In this document: positions 24,463-37,283 of the stretch, one piece after another
How the letters are laid out: each line of letters starts with the position of its first letter
How positions within the stretch are numbered: the stretch's first letter is position 1
Assembly: GCF_018350175.1 (NCBI RefSeq)
Contig: NC_058368.1
Span: 143,036,001-143,100,000 of the forward strand
Reading direction: 5' to 3'
DNA from: Felis catus
Taxonomy: Eukaryota
DNA: 64,000 nucleotides
Position numbers and translations under genes: made by a program
The notes under the pieces: generated by a model
Database searches by the model: none
Told to the model about the DNA's origin: nothing
Seen by the model: only the letters and a program-made list of their open reading frames with translations

Positions 24463-27310
24463 TCTTCTCTTTTTTTTTTATTAATGTGATGTATCACGTT
24501 GATTGATTTGCGAATGTTGAACCAGCCCTGCATCCCAGGAATGAATCCCACTTGATCGTGGTGAATAATTCTTTTTATATGCTGTTGAATTCGATTTGCT
24601 AGTATCTTATTGAGAATTTTTGCATCCATATTCATCAGGGATATTGGCCTGTAGTTCTCTTTTTTTACTGGGTCTCTGTCTGGTTTAGGAATCAAAGTAA
24701 TACTGGCTTCATAGAATGAGTCTGGACGTTTTCCTTCCCTTTCTATTTCTTGGAATAGCCTGAGAAGGATAGGTATTATCTCTGCTTTAAATATCTGGTA
24801 GAACTCCTCTGGGAAGCTATCTGGTCCTGGACTCTTATTTGTTGGGAGATTTTTGATAACCGATTCAATTTCTTTGCTGGTTGTGGGTCTGTTCAAGCTT
24901 TCTATTTCCTCCTGATTGAGTTTTGGAAGTGTGTGGGTGTTTAGGAATTTGTCCATTTCTTCCAGGTTGTCCAATGTGTTGGCATATAATTTTTCATAGT
25001 ATTCCCTGATAATTGTTTGTATCTCTGAGGGATTGGTTGTAATAATTCCATTTTCATTCATGATTTTATCTATTTGGGTCATCTCCCTTTTCTTTTTGAG
25101 AAGCCTGGCTAGAGGTTTGTCAATTTTGTTTATTTTTTCAAAAAACCAACTCTTGGTTTCATTGATCTGCTTTACCGTTTTTTTAGATTCTATATTGTTT
25201 ATTTCTTCTCTGATCTTTATTATTTCTCTTCTTCTGCTGGGTTTAGGCTGCCTTTGCTGTTCTGCTTCTAGTTCCTTTAGGTGTGCTGTTAGGTTTTGTA
25301 TTTGGGATTTTTCTTGTTTCTTGAGATAGGCCTGGATTGCGATGTATTTTCCTCTTAGGACTGCCTTCGCTGCATCCCAAAGCGTCTGGATTGTTGTATT
25401 TTAATTTTCGTTTGTTTCCATATATTTTTTAATTTCTTCTCTAATTGCCTGGTTGACCCACTCATTCTTTAGAAGGGTGTTCTTTAACCTCCATGCTTTT
25501 GGAGGTTTTCCAGACTTTTTCCTGTGGTTGATTTCAAGCTTCATAGCATTGTGGTCTGAAAGTATGCATGGTATAATTTCAATTCTTGTAAACTTATGAA
25601 GGGCTGTTTTGTGACCCAGTATATGATCTATCTTGGAGAATGTTCCATGTGCACTCGAGAAGAAAGTATATTCTGTTGCTTTGGGATGCAGAGTTCTAAA
25701 TAGATCTGTCAAGTCCATCTGATCCAATGTATCATTCAGGGCCCTTGTTTCTTTATTGACCGTGTGTCTAGATGATCTATCCATTTCTGTAAGTGGAGTG
25801 TTAAAGACCCCTGCTATTACCACATTCTTATCAATAAGGTTGCTTGTGTTTATGAGTAATTGTTTTATATATTTGGGGGCTCCGGTATCTGGCGCATAGA
25901 CGTTTATAATTGTTAGCTCTTCCTGATGGATAGACCCTGTAATTATTATATAATGCCCTTCTTCATCTCTTGTTACAGCCTTTAATTTAAAGTCTAGTTT
26001 GTCTGATATAAGTATGGCTACTCCAGCTTTCTTTTGGCTTCCAGTGGCATGATAAATAGTTCTCCATCCCCTCACTCTCAATCTAAAGGTGTCCTCAGAT
26101 CTAAAATGAGTCTCTTGTAGATAGCAAATAGATGGGTCTTGTTTTTTTTATCCATTCTGATACCCTATGTCTTTTGGTTGGCGTATTTAATCCATTTACA
26201 TTCAGTGTTATTATAGAAAGATATGGGTTTAGAGTCATTGTGATGTCTGTATGTTTTATGCTTGTAGCGATGTCTCTGGTACTTTGTCTCACAGGATCCC
26301 CCTTAGGATCTCTTGTAGGGCTGGTTTAGTGGTGACAAATTCCTTCAGTTTTTGTTTGGGAAGACCTTTCTCTCTCCTTCTATTCTAAATGACAGACTTG
26401 CTGGATAAAGGATTCTCAGCTGCATATTTTTTTCTGTTTAGCACACGGAAGATCTCGTGCCAATCCTTTCTGGCCTGCCAAGTTTCAAAAGAGACATCAG
26501 TCAGGAGTCTTATAGGTCTCCCTTTATATGTGAGGGCACGTTTATCCCTTGCTGCTTTCAGAATTTTCTCTTTATCCTTGTATTTTGCCAGTTTCACTAT
26601 GATATGTCGTGCAGAAGATCGATTCAAGTTGTGTCTGAAGGGAGTTCTCTGTGCCTCTTGGATTTCAATGCCTTTTTCCTTCCTTAGTTCAGGGAAGTTC
26701 TCAGCTATTATTTCTTCAAGTACCCCTTCAGCACCTTTCCCTCTCTCTTCCTCCTCTGGGATACCAATTATGCATATATTATTTCTTTTTAGTATATCAC
26801 TTAGTTCTCTAATTTTCCCCTCATACTCCTGGATTTTTTTATCTCTCTTTTTCTCAGCTTCCTCTTTTTCCATAACTTTATCTTCTAGTTCACCTATTCT
26901 CTCCTCTGCTTCTTCAATCCGAGCCGTCATCATTTCCATTTTGTTTTGCATTTCATTTAAAGCGTTTTTCAGCTCCAAAGAGGAGCTTTTTAAAAGTGCT
27001 GATAGGTGGTCCTTTCTCCCCAGAGATTCTGTTTTGCTAGATCGAGGTTCTATACAGCCTGAGCACCTCATTTTAAAGAATCTCAGAAGCAATTCTGTTA
27101 AGTACCCAGGGATGAGAAGAGTCTAGAAAGTAAAGTTGTAGATACATTGAGAAATCCCCATCTTCCTCCCATTTTCTTGTACTTTTCTTCTTCCTCTATT
27201 CCTCCTGTTTAATGCTTTGGGAACTGTGTAGCCTTAAGCTTCCTTACCAGAAGTTTTGAGAACAGTTTTTCTGGGAAGATGTTAGTTTAGTTAGTTAGTT
27301 ACTTGGTTAC

Positions 27311-27626
27311 TTTTTATTTATTTTGAGAGAGAGAGAGAAGATGCTCGAACTCATGAGCCATGAGATCATGACCTGAGCCAAAGTCAGTTGCTTAACCAAC
27401 TGCACCACTCAGCGCCCCTAATTTCTTTAAAAAAAATTTTTTTTAAATATGTATTTATTTTGAGAGAGACAGAATGACTGGGTGAGAGGGAGAGAGAGAA
27501 TCCAAGCAGGCTCTGCACTGCCAGCATGGAGCCCGATGGTAGGGTTTGAACTCATGAACTGCGAGATCATGACCTGAGCCAAAACCAAGAATTGGATGCT
27601 TAACCCACTGAGCCACCTAGGGACCT
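27311..27626 (-). mobile_element. Two tandem CanSINEs (first internally deleted)
   Basis: Heads at ~27418 and ~27626. Confidence 0.82.
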
Positions 27627-27649
27627 CTGTTACCTGATTTCAAAGCTTA

Positions 27650-29670
27650 GTAAAAAGCTAGAGAATTCCAAATTTTAAAAAAAATTGTTTTTAAAAATTA
27701 AAAAGCTAGAGAATTCCAGACATTGTAGTATTGGCTTAGGATAGAAATGTAAATCAAATGAATAGACTAGAACCCAGAAATAGATGCATGGTTATATAGT
27801 AAGTTAGTTTTCCATCAGGTTAAGAAAGCAATTTGGGAGTAACCATTTCCAAGAAATGGTTACTAGAAGAACTATATACCCATATATAAAAATCGATCTC
27901 AATCTTTATATCCTATACAAGAATTAATTTGAAAGCCATCTTAGACCTAAGCATAAAATCTCATGTTCTAAAACTTATATAAGAAAACAGAAGAAAGTTT
28001 TCACAATTTGGAGGAAGGAAAGGTAAAAGTTAATGTAGACAGGATGTAGAAACCTTGAACAGTAAACTAAAAATTGATAGGTTGGAATTCACCAAAATTA
28101 AAGACTTCTACTTTTTGAAAGATTGTTAAGAAAATGAAAAGACAAGCCACAGACTGGGAGAAATATTTAAAGAACACTTAAAGACAGCACCTGCATGGCT
28201 CAGTCAGTTAAGTGTCTGACTCTCTGATTTTGGCTCAGAGTCATGATCTCCCAGGTTCTTGAGTTCCATCTCCTCATCAGACTCTCTACTGTCAGTGCAG
28301 AGCCTGCTTGGGAGTGTCTCTCTCCCCACCCTCCTATCCCTCCTTCACTTGTGCTGTGTTTCTCTCTCAAAATAAATAGACTTAAAGACTTGATTTACGT
28401 ATCTAGTTACTTATTGAAAGCCATAATGAGATACACACCTATTAGAATAAATACAGTTAAAAATTCTGGGGTGTCTGGATGACTGAGTGATTTTGGCTCA
28501 GGTCATGGTCTCACAGTTCATGGTATTGAGCCCCGTGTTGGGCTCTGCTGTCAGTACAGAGCCGGCTTGGAATTTTCTCTTGGCTCTATGTGCCCTACCC
28601 TCTCTCTCTCAATAAACATTTTAATAAGCTCTGGCACTTGAAAGGGCTGATGAGGATGTAGAGTAACTGGAATTCTTAGATTGCTAGCACATTTTATATT
28701 GGTAAAATTACTTTGGAAAACAGTTTGGCCGTTTCTTCAAAAGTTAAATGTATACAGGGCGCCTGGGTGGCTCAGTCGGCTAAGCGTCTGACTTCGGCTC
28801 AGGTCATGATCTCCCAGTTCGTGAGTTCGAGCCCCGCATCGGGCTCCAGGCTGACAGCTCGGAGCCTGCTTCAAATTCTATGTCTCCCTCTCTCTCTGCT
28901 CCTCCCCTGCTCATGCTCGGTCTCTCTCTCCTTCAAAAATGAATAAAAACATTAAAAAAAAAAAAAGTTAAATGTATACATACCTTACGACTCAGCTGTT
29001 CAAATCCTAGTTATTTATACAAGAGAAATGAAAACCTCTGTTCACAAAAAAGGCCTATACACTAATGCCACCTTCACAGCCTCTAAGGAACAAGTCCAGA
29101 TAACCATCAACAGGTGAATGGATAAGCAAAATGTGGTATTTCCATATGAGAGAATAATACTCAGCAATGCAAAGGAATTAACTACCGATAGGCACAACAA
29201 CATGGATAAACCTCACATCTTGCTAAGTCAAAGAAGCCAAATACAAAGGAGTATATACTTGTGTGAAGGGATGGATGGCAAAGGGGCATGGGCAATCTTT
29301 TGAAGGTGATAGAAATGTTCTTTATCTCGATTGTGGTGGTTGTTTCTTGGGTGTACAGAGAATGCATAAAATAGTTGACAAAATGATACTGAACAAAAGA
29401 CACAGTGTGAACTGTATGAATCTATTTACATGAAATTCTGGAGATGATAGTTCTGATCTACATCAACAGAAAGCTTAACATTTGTTGCCTGGGAGTGGAG
29501 TGGTGGAGATTGACTGAGAGGGAACAGGTATAACAGCATCCTTAGGGTGATTGATAGGTCTAAATTTTAATTGTAGTGGTTCCATGGATATTTAAACTTG
29601 TGAAAATTCATCAAAATTTATACTTAAAAAGCGGGAACATTTTGTTATACGTAAATTATAACTTAAGGTG
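27650..29670 (+). mobile_element. Ancient L1M 3' ORF2 and 3' UTR fragments, interrupted by SINEs
   Basis: Motifs such as aagaaaatgaaaagacaagccacagactgggagaaat, ctttggaaaacagtttggc and caacaggtgaatggataagcaaaatgtggtat. Confidence 0.75.
28186..28966 (+). mobile_element. Three CanSINEs in old L1 (~28186-28385, 28468-28620, 28757-28966)
   Basis: The third has TSD aaaagttaaatgtataca. Confidence 0.88.
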
Positions 29671-30174
29671 ATTTTTTCTTTTAAACAGGAAAATGAGCAC
29701 CGTGTAAAAGTTGATGTAGAGGCACACAAACTGGAGTGATCAAAACTACTTAAAGATATAATGAAAGATTATATAGAGAACTTAACCCCTGAAGATTAAA
29801 TAAGAATTCAGCAGGAAGGGGGTATATATATATGTATGCAGTGGAGATTGGAATAGAGATTATTCCAGATAAAGATAAAAACAAAAATGGTACAGTGAAT
29901 AGGCATGTGTTTATGGTTTTAGTTGAAATGAATTATTGAGCAAATTACCAAGGCTTCACTACCACCTGGCATCATTGGTGGATGCCAGTAAATAGCGTGG
30001 CTGAGCCTGAAACACGTGTGTTTGACTGCAAAGCTTGCTGTTTTAGTTACACCACAGGGTGTAAATTGTTTGCTATGTCGTGGGTCTAAGGGTTTGCAGG
30101 AAGTTAGAGGAAAGTTGGTCAGGGGCTAGAACACTGAAGGATCCTGTGGAGTTTGACCTTTGCTCTCTAGATTA

Positions 30175-30372
30175 TTTATTAATATTTTTTAAATAAATAT
30201 TTCTGAGAGTGTGCACAAACAGGAGAAGGGCAGAGAGAAGAGGACACAGGATCCAAAGTGGGCTCTGTGCTGACAGCAGAGATCTCGGTGTGAGGCTTGA
30301 ACTCCCAAACCGTGAGATCACCACCTGAGCTGAAGTCACTTGCTTAACCTGACTGAAACACCCAGGTGCCCC
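30175..30372 (-). mobile_element. CanSINE
   Basis: TSD core ctagatt. Confidence 0.85.
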
Positions 30373-30640
30373 CCTAGATTCTTTAGAAAGAAGGTAATTT
30401 CCACTGCTTTCATTGACTTACATATTAAAGTGTGATAGAAAAGTTAACTTGGCACCCTGAGTGTATAATGCATTTATATGTTTTTATGTTTAAAATTATA
30501 ATAGTTATGTATTAAATATACTGTAATATAGTTTTAGTTGTATTTACATAAATGGCAATTAATATAGATTTTTCAGTAATTCTCTTATGCCACAAAGCAT
30601 CTAGAACATATTCATGAAACATACTCTATAAATAGGATTT

Positions 30641-30842
30641 GGGGTGCCAGTGTGGCTCAGTTGGTTAAGCGTCCGACTTTGGTTCCGGTCATAATTTCAC
30701 AGTTCAAGAGTTTGAGCCCCACATCGCGCTCTGTGCTAAAAGTGCAGTGCCTGCTTGGAATTGCCATTCTGTCTCTCTCCTCCTTTCTGCCCTTTCCTAG
30801 CTCTTACCCTCTTTCTCTTTCAAAATGGATAAACTTAAAAAC
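30641..30842 (+). mobile_element. CanSINE
   Basis: Diverged full body. Confidence 0.85.
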
Positions 30843-30844
30843 AT

Positions 30845-31017
30845 TGGTTCTGAAAACTACAACCCCAGACTAGTTGCATCAGTATCACCTGGAACCTTGT
30901 TATAAATACAGATTTCTGTCCTTAGGTCAGATCTCTACTGAAACTCCACTGAGGGGCTCAGCAGTCTTTAACAAGCCTTCCAGGTGTTCATGATACGTAC
31001 TGAAGTTTGGGAACCAT
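30845..31017. mobile_element. MER5A-like hAT-Charlie MITE
   Basis: gcatcagtatcacctggaaccttgtta...tttaacaagccttccaggtg...aagtttgggaaccat. Confidence 0.75.
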
Positions 31018-31239
31018 AAGTTTAAAAGAACTTTAAACAGCTAAGGGAAGGAACACACTGAACTCAAAGTTAAAATCTCTCTGGGCCTTAGTTTTTCTGC
31101 ATCTGCAGAGTGAGATTCAATCTAGATGATTCTATATAGATGCTTAAACCATGCATAATAATGAGTCAGGGTCAGTTACTGATTGGCCTATTGTCTTTGT
31201 GAGTTAGCTAAAAGCACTTCAAACACATTGGCCAACTTT

Positions 31240-31458
31240 TATTTTTATATATTTTTTAATGTTTATATTTGACAGCACCAGTGCACATGAGCAGGGGTGG
31301 GGGAGGGGCAGAGAGACACAGACTCTGAAGCAGGCTCTAGGCGCCTAGCTGTGAGCTGTCAGCACAGAGCCTGACGGCAGGGCTTGAACTCATGAGTAGT
31401 AAGATCATGACTTGAGCTAAAGTCGAATGCTCAACCAGCTGAGCCACCTAGGCGCCCC
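31240..31458 (-). mobile_element. CanSINE
   Basis: TSD core ttggcca. Confidence 0.85.
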
Positions 31459-32040
31459 TTGGCCAGCTTACTTTTAATACTTGGTGAAAGTAAATAAACT
31501 AGGATCTTGAAGGCATCCTCCATGCTTCTCTCCCCTTTGTAGCCAGGCACTTTGTTTTGCCAGTTGTCTCCTACGTGTATCTTAAATGTGCTCTTCCGCC
31601 CTTTCCTTTCCCCCAGGACCAAGCAAATCTGTAGGTGTCTTCATGTAAAATAGATACACATTCCCCAGTCCATATTCTAGCAGACAAGTTAGAAAAGGCC
31701 CTCTTCTGGGCATATGCAGCAGTATATGGCTTGGCAAAAAGATGCACTAAATTTGAGTCACCACTCTGTGCCCCCTTGACTGGGTGCTTTGCGCAGGGTT
31801 CAGTTTTTACACTATTGGACAACTATATACTGTAAGCATGCCACTGTGAACTATATAGTGCCATCAATGTGCATTAGGGTACTTATCTCTTACCTGAGCT
31901 ACTTTCTCTTCTTTGCTTTTAATTTTCTCGCCTTAAAACTATCATTTCATGCTTGTCCCTGAGAATGTTACATTTAGTATTTACTTTGTATATAAAATTA
32001 CGTGAGCAGATGCTTCCAAATCTAATCTCATTTGAAAAGG

Positions 32041-32248
32041 TTTTTTTTAAATTAAAAAAAATTTTTTTAGTGCTTTTTTATCTTTGAGAGAGAAAGCAAG
32101 AGCAGGGGAGGGGCAGAAAGAAATGGAACCATAGAATCTGAAGCAGGCTCCGAGCTGTCAGCTTGGAGCCTGATGTGGGGCTTGAACCATGAGATCATGC
32201 TCTGAGCTGAGGTCGGACCCTTAACCGACTGAGCCACCCAGGTCCCCC
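32041..32248 (-). mobile_element. CanSINE
   Basis: Full body with small deletions. Confidence 0.85.
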
Positions 32249-32779
32249 TCATTTTGTTAATCTTAGTCACATTCACATGATTCCTGGGCCTGGAAAATTT
32301 GTGTTAAAGGTACTACTACATCAGTATTTATACAGGTTGATCATGGCATCTGTTTCATCTGAGAATTGGAGATTTTGTTTTCTTTTCCCCCTCTTCTTGA
32401 GTCACTAATCCAGCAGTGGACAAGAATACCACTTAAGTTTCTCATATAAAACCCAGTATCCAAGGAAGTGATGCACTTCATAATAAGTAATTGATACCAA
32501 GAAATTTGTATTTATAAATTAGTCTCACTATAGCTACCTAAACTGACGCATACTTTTTTTCCATTTTAAAAACAGGCACTGTTTTCTTTCTAGCTCTGAA
32601 ATTGAAAATAGAGATGTCATTGTTTTTAGCACATGATTCAGCTGACCAATGCCGTACATTTTCAAACTTGCCAAGTTAGGAAAAGAACTTAGTATCCTGG
32701 CTTAATGTCTTCAGTACAATAAGCTATAATAATACTTTTAAAAAGTCTGCAGCATTAACTACTGAGTTTAGAAGTCCTT

Positions 32780-32951
32780 GCGTCCGACTTCAGCCAGGTC
32801 ACGATCTCGTGGTCCGTGAGTTCGAGCCCCGCGTCAGGCTCTGGGCTGATGGCTCGGAGCCTGGAGCCTGTTTCCGATTCTGTGTCTCCCTCTCTCTCTG
32901 CCCCTCCCCCGTTCATGCTCTGTCTCTCTCTGTCCCCCCCCCCCCCAAAAA
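32780..32951 (+). mobile_element. Young 5'-truncated SINEC_Fc
   Basis: TSD aagtcctt (32772-32779 / 32952-32959); CpG-rich body. Confidence 0.9.
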
Positions 32952-33973
32952 AAGTCCTTTAAACAGCATTAAAGAAGCATAGTGAACGTGTTTGTGTTGT
33001 GTATATTTGAATATACCTGTACAGTGGAGGTAAAGATAACTCAACAAAGCACAAGTTGTCTTCAAATAATTACCACCAGATTTTTAAATTTTTTTTCTCT
33101 TTAAAAAGCTGTAATGCAAATTTCCTCACTTCTGTATGGTATTTAGCAATGCAAGTGAAAAGGATTTCTGTTTAATCTGAGATTTTTAAAGTTTGAACAC
33201 TGTTCTGTTTATTAAATTTCTATCCCATAGCTGTGTCTTTAGGGGTTTGATTGGAAAAGTATGCCAGTTATTTCAGCAGAGGGAACTTAATATGAATAAT
33301 TGTTAACTTGGTATAAAGTTGTTACCCAGATAGTTAAGAATATAACTCTAAAATATGAGAGCTAACAGTTGCAAAAACAGCCACTACTCGTGGCTTCGGC
33401 ACACAGGAAAGAGATGGTAGTTTTAACTTTAGCACGGAGAATGGACTGTGTGGAGTTGAAGTCTGGGGTAGGCAGCATTGCTTGTCACTTGCTCATGTGT
33501 CTGAGCTCAGTGGAGAGACCCATATTTCTAAGAATAGGGTAGGCTGGTGCTGGATGGCCTTAGGGGCCACAAAGTGAGGCTAGTTCTACTAAGGGTGAGA
33601 AACTATAAACTGGATTCTGTTAACTGCTTCAGGAAGTAATTGCAGATGCTGGAATGAAGATGTGAGTCAGTGGTGATACTCAGGGGAGTAGCAAACAAAG
33701 TCACGTGATACATGTAGGAAGACGCATATGTCTTCTCCCTCCTTAAACCCTTTGTATTGACAAGGCTTAAATGTGGTTTACAGAGCCCTAACCCCAGCAT
33801 CAAAAGGCATAAGGATGAACTTGGAAACTGATAGACAAGAATTTACATACATCTTCAAACTTTTAAAGTTAGAAAAAAAAAAAAAACCTAGTAACCTAGC
33901 ATGGCCTTAGGTACAATAAACCAAGTCCTTTAAAGGGCACAAAGTTTAATCATGTCTTTGAAGAGAATTTCTA

Positions 33974-34193
33974 GGGGAGCCTGGGTGGCTCAGTTGGTTA
34001 ATCATCCAAGTTCAGCTCAGGCCATGATCTCACAGGTTTGTGAGTTTGAGCCCCATGTCAGGCTCTGTGCTGACAGCTCAAATCCTGGAGCCTTTTGGAT
34101 TCTGTGTTTCCCTCTCTCTCTCTCTACCCTCCCCTGATTGTGCTTGCTCTCTCTCCTTCAAAAATAAACATTAAAATAAACTAAAAAAAAAAA
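33974..34193 (+). mobile_element. CanSINE
   Basis: Full body and poly(A). Confidence 0.88.
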
Positions 34194-34404
34194 AGAGAGA
34201 GAGAAAAGGACTTCCAACGTAATGTACTGAGTAAACATTAAAAATTTGGCTGCAGTATTCAACATATTAAATCTCTATTCCAATCTTGTGAATGTAAATC
34301 TTAAGCCTTTTGAGTGTTTTAAAATCAGAGGTAATTGTAACAAAGCACAAACCTTGATGGTTTTGTTGGACATATAACAAGTCTTCTGGTTCCCCCCCTT
34401 AAGT

Positions 34405-34608
34405 TAATTATTTAAATTATTTTTGAGGGAGAGTGTGTGCCCCCATGCCAACGAGGGGGGGGGGCGGGGAGGGCAGAGAGAATCTCAAACAGACTCTGTG
34501 CTATCAGCTGAGAGCCCGATGTAGGGCTTGATCCCATGAACTGTGAGATTATGACCTGAGCCAAAATCCAGAGTTGGGTGCTTAACCTACTGAGCTACCC
34601 AGGTGCCC
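34405..34608 (-). mobile_element. CanSINE
   Basis: Full body. Confidence 0.85.
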
Positions 34609-34659
34609 CTTTTGGGGGCCTTTTATGTGAGCTAATGTCTAAATATACCACTTACTGCT

Positions 34660-35380
34660 AAGAATCCCACAGTGGTTTCCTTTAGCCTGTCAAACCACCT
34701 ATAAACTCCTTTGCCTGACATTTAAATTTAAAGACCCCCTAATAGTGATCACAACCTCCTTCACTATTCTTATCTCCCATTATTTTTATCTATTTTACCT
34801 AAACTGCAACCATGCCAGACTGTCTGTGACCATACACTGAACTTAAACTGCCTCTAGGCTTCTGCTGAGATTAATTCTTGACTCCAGTAGGCCTTTTGGG
34901 TGGTTCTCTTTCTGTATATATATTCTATATGTATCTCTCAAAATCATACCCCTCTTTCAAAAAGCCCTCTGTAGTTTTGAACCTCAGTAAAGTATATCCT
35001 GATCTAAACAGCTAAATGAGTTCTCTCCCTCCAAATCTTTGATTTTTCTTAAAGGTCTTAAATACCTTTATTCTTTTTCAGAGACATCCTTCACCATTTT
35101 TAATACTTGGATAAAATTTTACTTATTTGTTAAGAATTTACTTATCATTCCCTTTAGAAATTTTGTTCCCAGACTCAGTACTGCACCCTGCACAGCTGGT
35201 GCTTGCCATGGTATCTTAGGTATACTTGATCATGATATTTTTTCATACTCTGTTGTAATTCTTTATTGCGGTTCCTCTGTCTTCAACTAGGCTGAATACA
35301 TATTGCTGTCCCTAGTGTCTGATACAATGCTGGCCCTGGGAAAACAGCATGTCATCATTTTGAACGAATAATTGAATGTT
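34660..35380 (+). mobile_element. Decayed L2 3' fragments
   Basis: cccacagtggtttcc...aaactcctttgcctgacatttaa and tccctagtgtctgatacaatgctggc. Confidence 0.45.
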
Positions 35381-37179
35381 AAGTGATTTTGTCAAAGGTC
35401 TCCCACTTAATAAATAGCAGACCCAGGTCTGCTAATTTGAAGACAGATCTCTTTATCACAGATATCTTTGCTTACCCCACCCTCCAATTAGATTGTTCAG
35501 TTTCTTAGGAGGAGATTGTGTGCCTCACAGTATTTCCCCTGAAGCACCCAGTACAGTGGGTTCTTTATTCAAGTTAGATAATTGAATGAATCCAAATATT
35601 AGCCGTAGTAAAGTCTAAAAAAAAAACAAAAAAACAAAAACAAACATATCCAGTAGTATCATATATGTTTAACTTTAGCAGTATGTGATTGGAGATAGAG
35701 TAATCGTTTTCTGCGAGTTTAAAAAATCGAGTCCAGGTGAGTAGGGAATCCAGTATCAAGAATCTAAACTTTTGCTACTGAGTTAATTGTCTTTACTTGG
35801 CACTATTTTTGTAGTTCCAGAAATGGAGCTCACAAAATTCTGTTTTCCAACTATTAAGGAAGACATTTAGGTTCTGATCATATCTCCACTTCCCCTCCCT
35901 CCTACACACACTGGAAAAAAGAGGTAAGTCTTAGAATTTTGCCTCTTGCTGGTCCTCATATATGAAAACAGGAGCTCATTGTTTGCTTGGCCAGAAGTAG
36001 GAAACCTCTGGGATACAAACCTTCAGCTTGTCTAGTTGGTATGGTTTTGAACCCAAGAAGAGATAAAGCATTTTTTTTAGTTTATGATTGTAAAAGCAAC
36101 ACAGATACAATAAAGATTTGGAAAGTACAAATTCTAAACAGTAAGAAAAATAGTCACCCATAATCAGACAAAAGATATCAGTAATACATTCTACATATTT
36201 TCTCTTTTTTTCCTGGACATTATTTTATGTAGTTGAAATTATGTCTGATTTGACTTGTCTTAATATTAAAACATTCATTTTCCTTTATTAAAAACTTCAT
36301 AAGCATTTTTGTACATAATTGTGTTTTATAGGTGTATCATAAGTAACATTCTCTATTATTAGATATTTGGAACACATTTTTTTATTTTGAACAGCACTGC
36401 AATTAACATTTTTGGTTATTATTCTTTGAAGACGTTTTCTTAAATAGGTAAGAAAATGGTATTTTAAAAAATACTGTCCATGAGTATGGTATCATAAAAC
36501 ACTTCCCAGAAAAGTTTTTCATGAGCTTATAGTTCTACGAGCAGTATGTGAGTTTCTGCCTGTTTCACCATGACCACACTAACCCTGGCTACTTTTTAAA
36601 AAATATTTACTTACTGAGTCTTTCTAAATCCTACTATCTAAAAGCAGCCAAGTTGTATCTTCTCTCCTCCCCTCTCCTGTACCAACCTATTTTCTGGATT
36701 CTTTCTTCACAGGGGAAAATTGAGGTAATCAAACAGGAATTCCTCCTCATCCTTCTACCAAATCCAAAACCCGCCTTCCTTTATGTCCATGGAGGAACTA
36801 CCCCTACATTTACCAAGAGCAAATCACTACACCAGTACTCGGAATCCTGTCCTTTCCCATGTTCTATAATTAGCCCCATTTCCCCCCTGGTATCTTTGTT
36901 TTTCCTCTGCTGGATATTTCTTGTCACTACTCATCTGTGATCTCTCATTAGAGAAAACAAAAAGCAAAGGGTCTACCCTTAAGCTTTGTCTTCTTTTAGC
37001 ACCACCCTTTTTTCTGTTTACTCAGACAAATCAGTCAAAGGAGTATTTATATACACTTCTACATCTCTCTCCTCATCAAAAACAGGTGTAGAGTGAATTT
37101 TTAATTTACTCATCCATTTGATTGCCTGGATTGTGCCTGGCATTGTGCTAGTGAAAAGCAAAAAAATTAAAAAACCTAA

Positions 37180-37188
37180 CCCCCCCCC

Positions 37189-37219
<31 letters not shown>

Positions 37220-37220
37220 A
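37180..37220. repeat. Long poly-C followed by (CA)n
   Basis: Read directly. Confidence 0.9.
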
Positions 37221-37283
37221 AAATGTATTCTCTGCCCTCATGGAACTTTGAAAGGGGGAAGCAGTTAATATTTAAAGTTCACA

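Larger units (their letters stand above)
21702..26977 (-). mobile_element. Young felid LINE-1 (L1_Fc-like), 5'-truncated within ORF1, with two nested SINEs
   Basis: ORF1 remnant ~26385-26977. ORF2 pieces: endonuclease 25401-26081 (SDHNAMKLE), 24435-25082, RT 23000-24223 ([15 protein letters not shown]) and Cys-rich end 21944-22480. 3' UTR and poly(A) at ~21702. TSD AAGAGGAGCTTT (21690-21701 / 26978-26989) next to a TTTT/AA target. Confidence 0.95.

Noticed and set aside
26385..27092. 235-aa ORF reading from flanking DNA into L1 ORF1 as a new fusion gene
   Set aside because: Only about 38 codons of flank are open, which chance explains. ORF1 is frameshifted near its end, and no promoter evidence is visible.
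26389..27126. 245-aa Ser/Phe/Leu-rich + strand ORF
   Set aside because: It is the antisense shadow of the purine-rich L1 ORF1.
36548..36940. 130-aa ORF
   Set aside because: GTG start, pyrimidine-rich decayed L2-like sequence, and no splice signals or recognisable domain.
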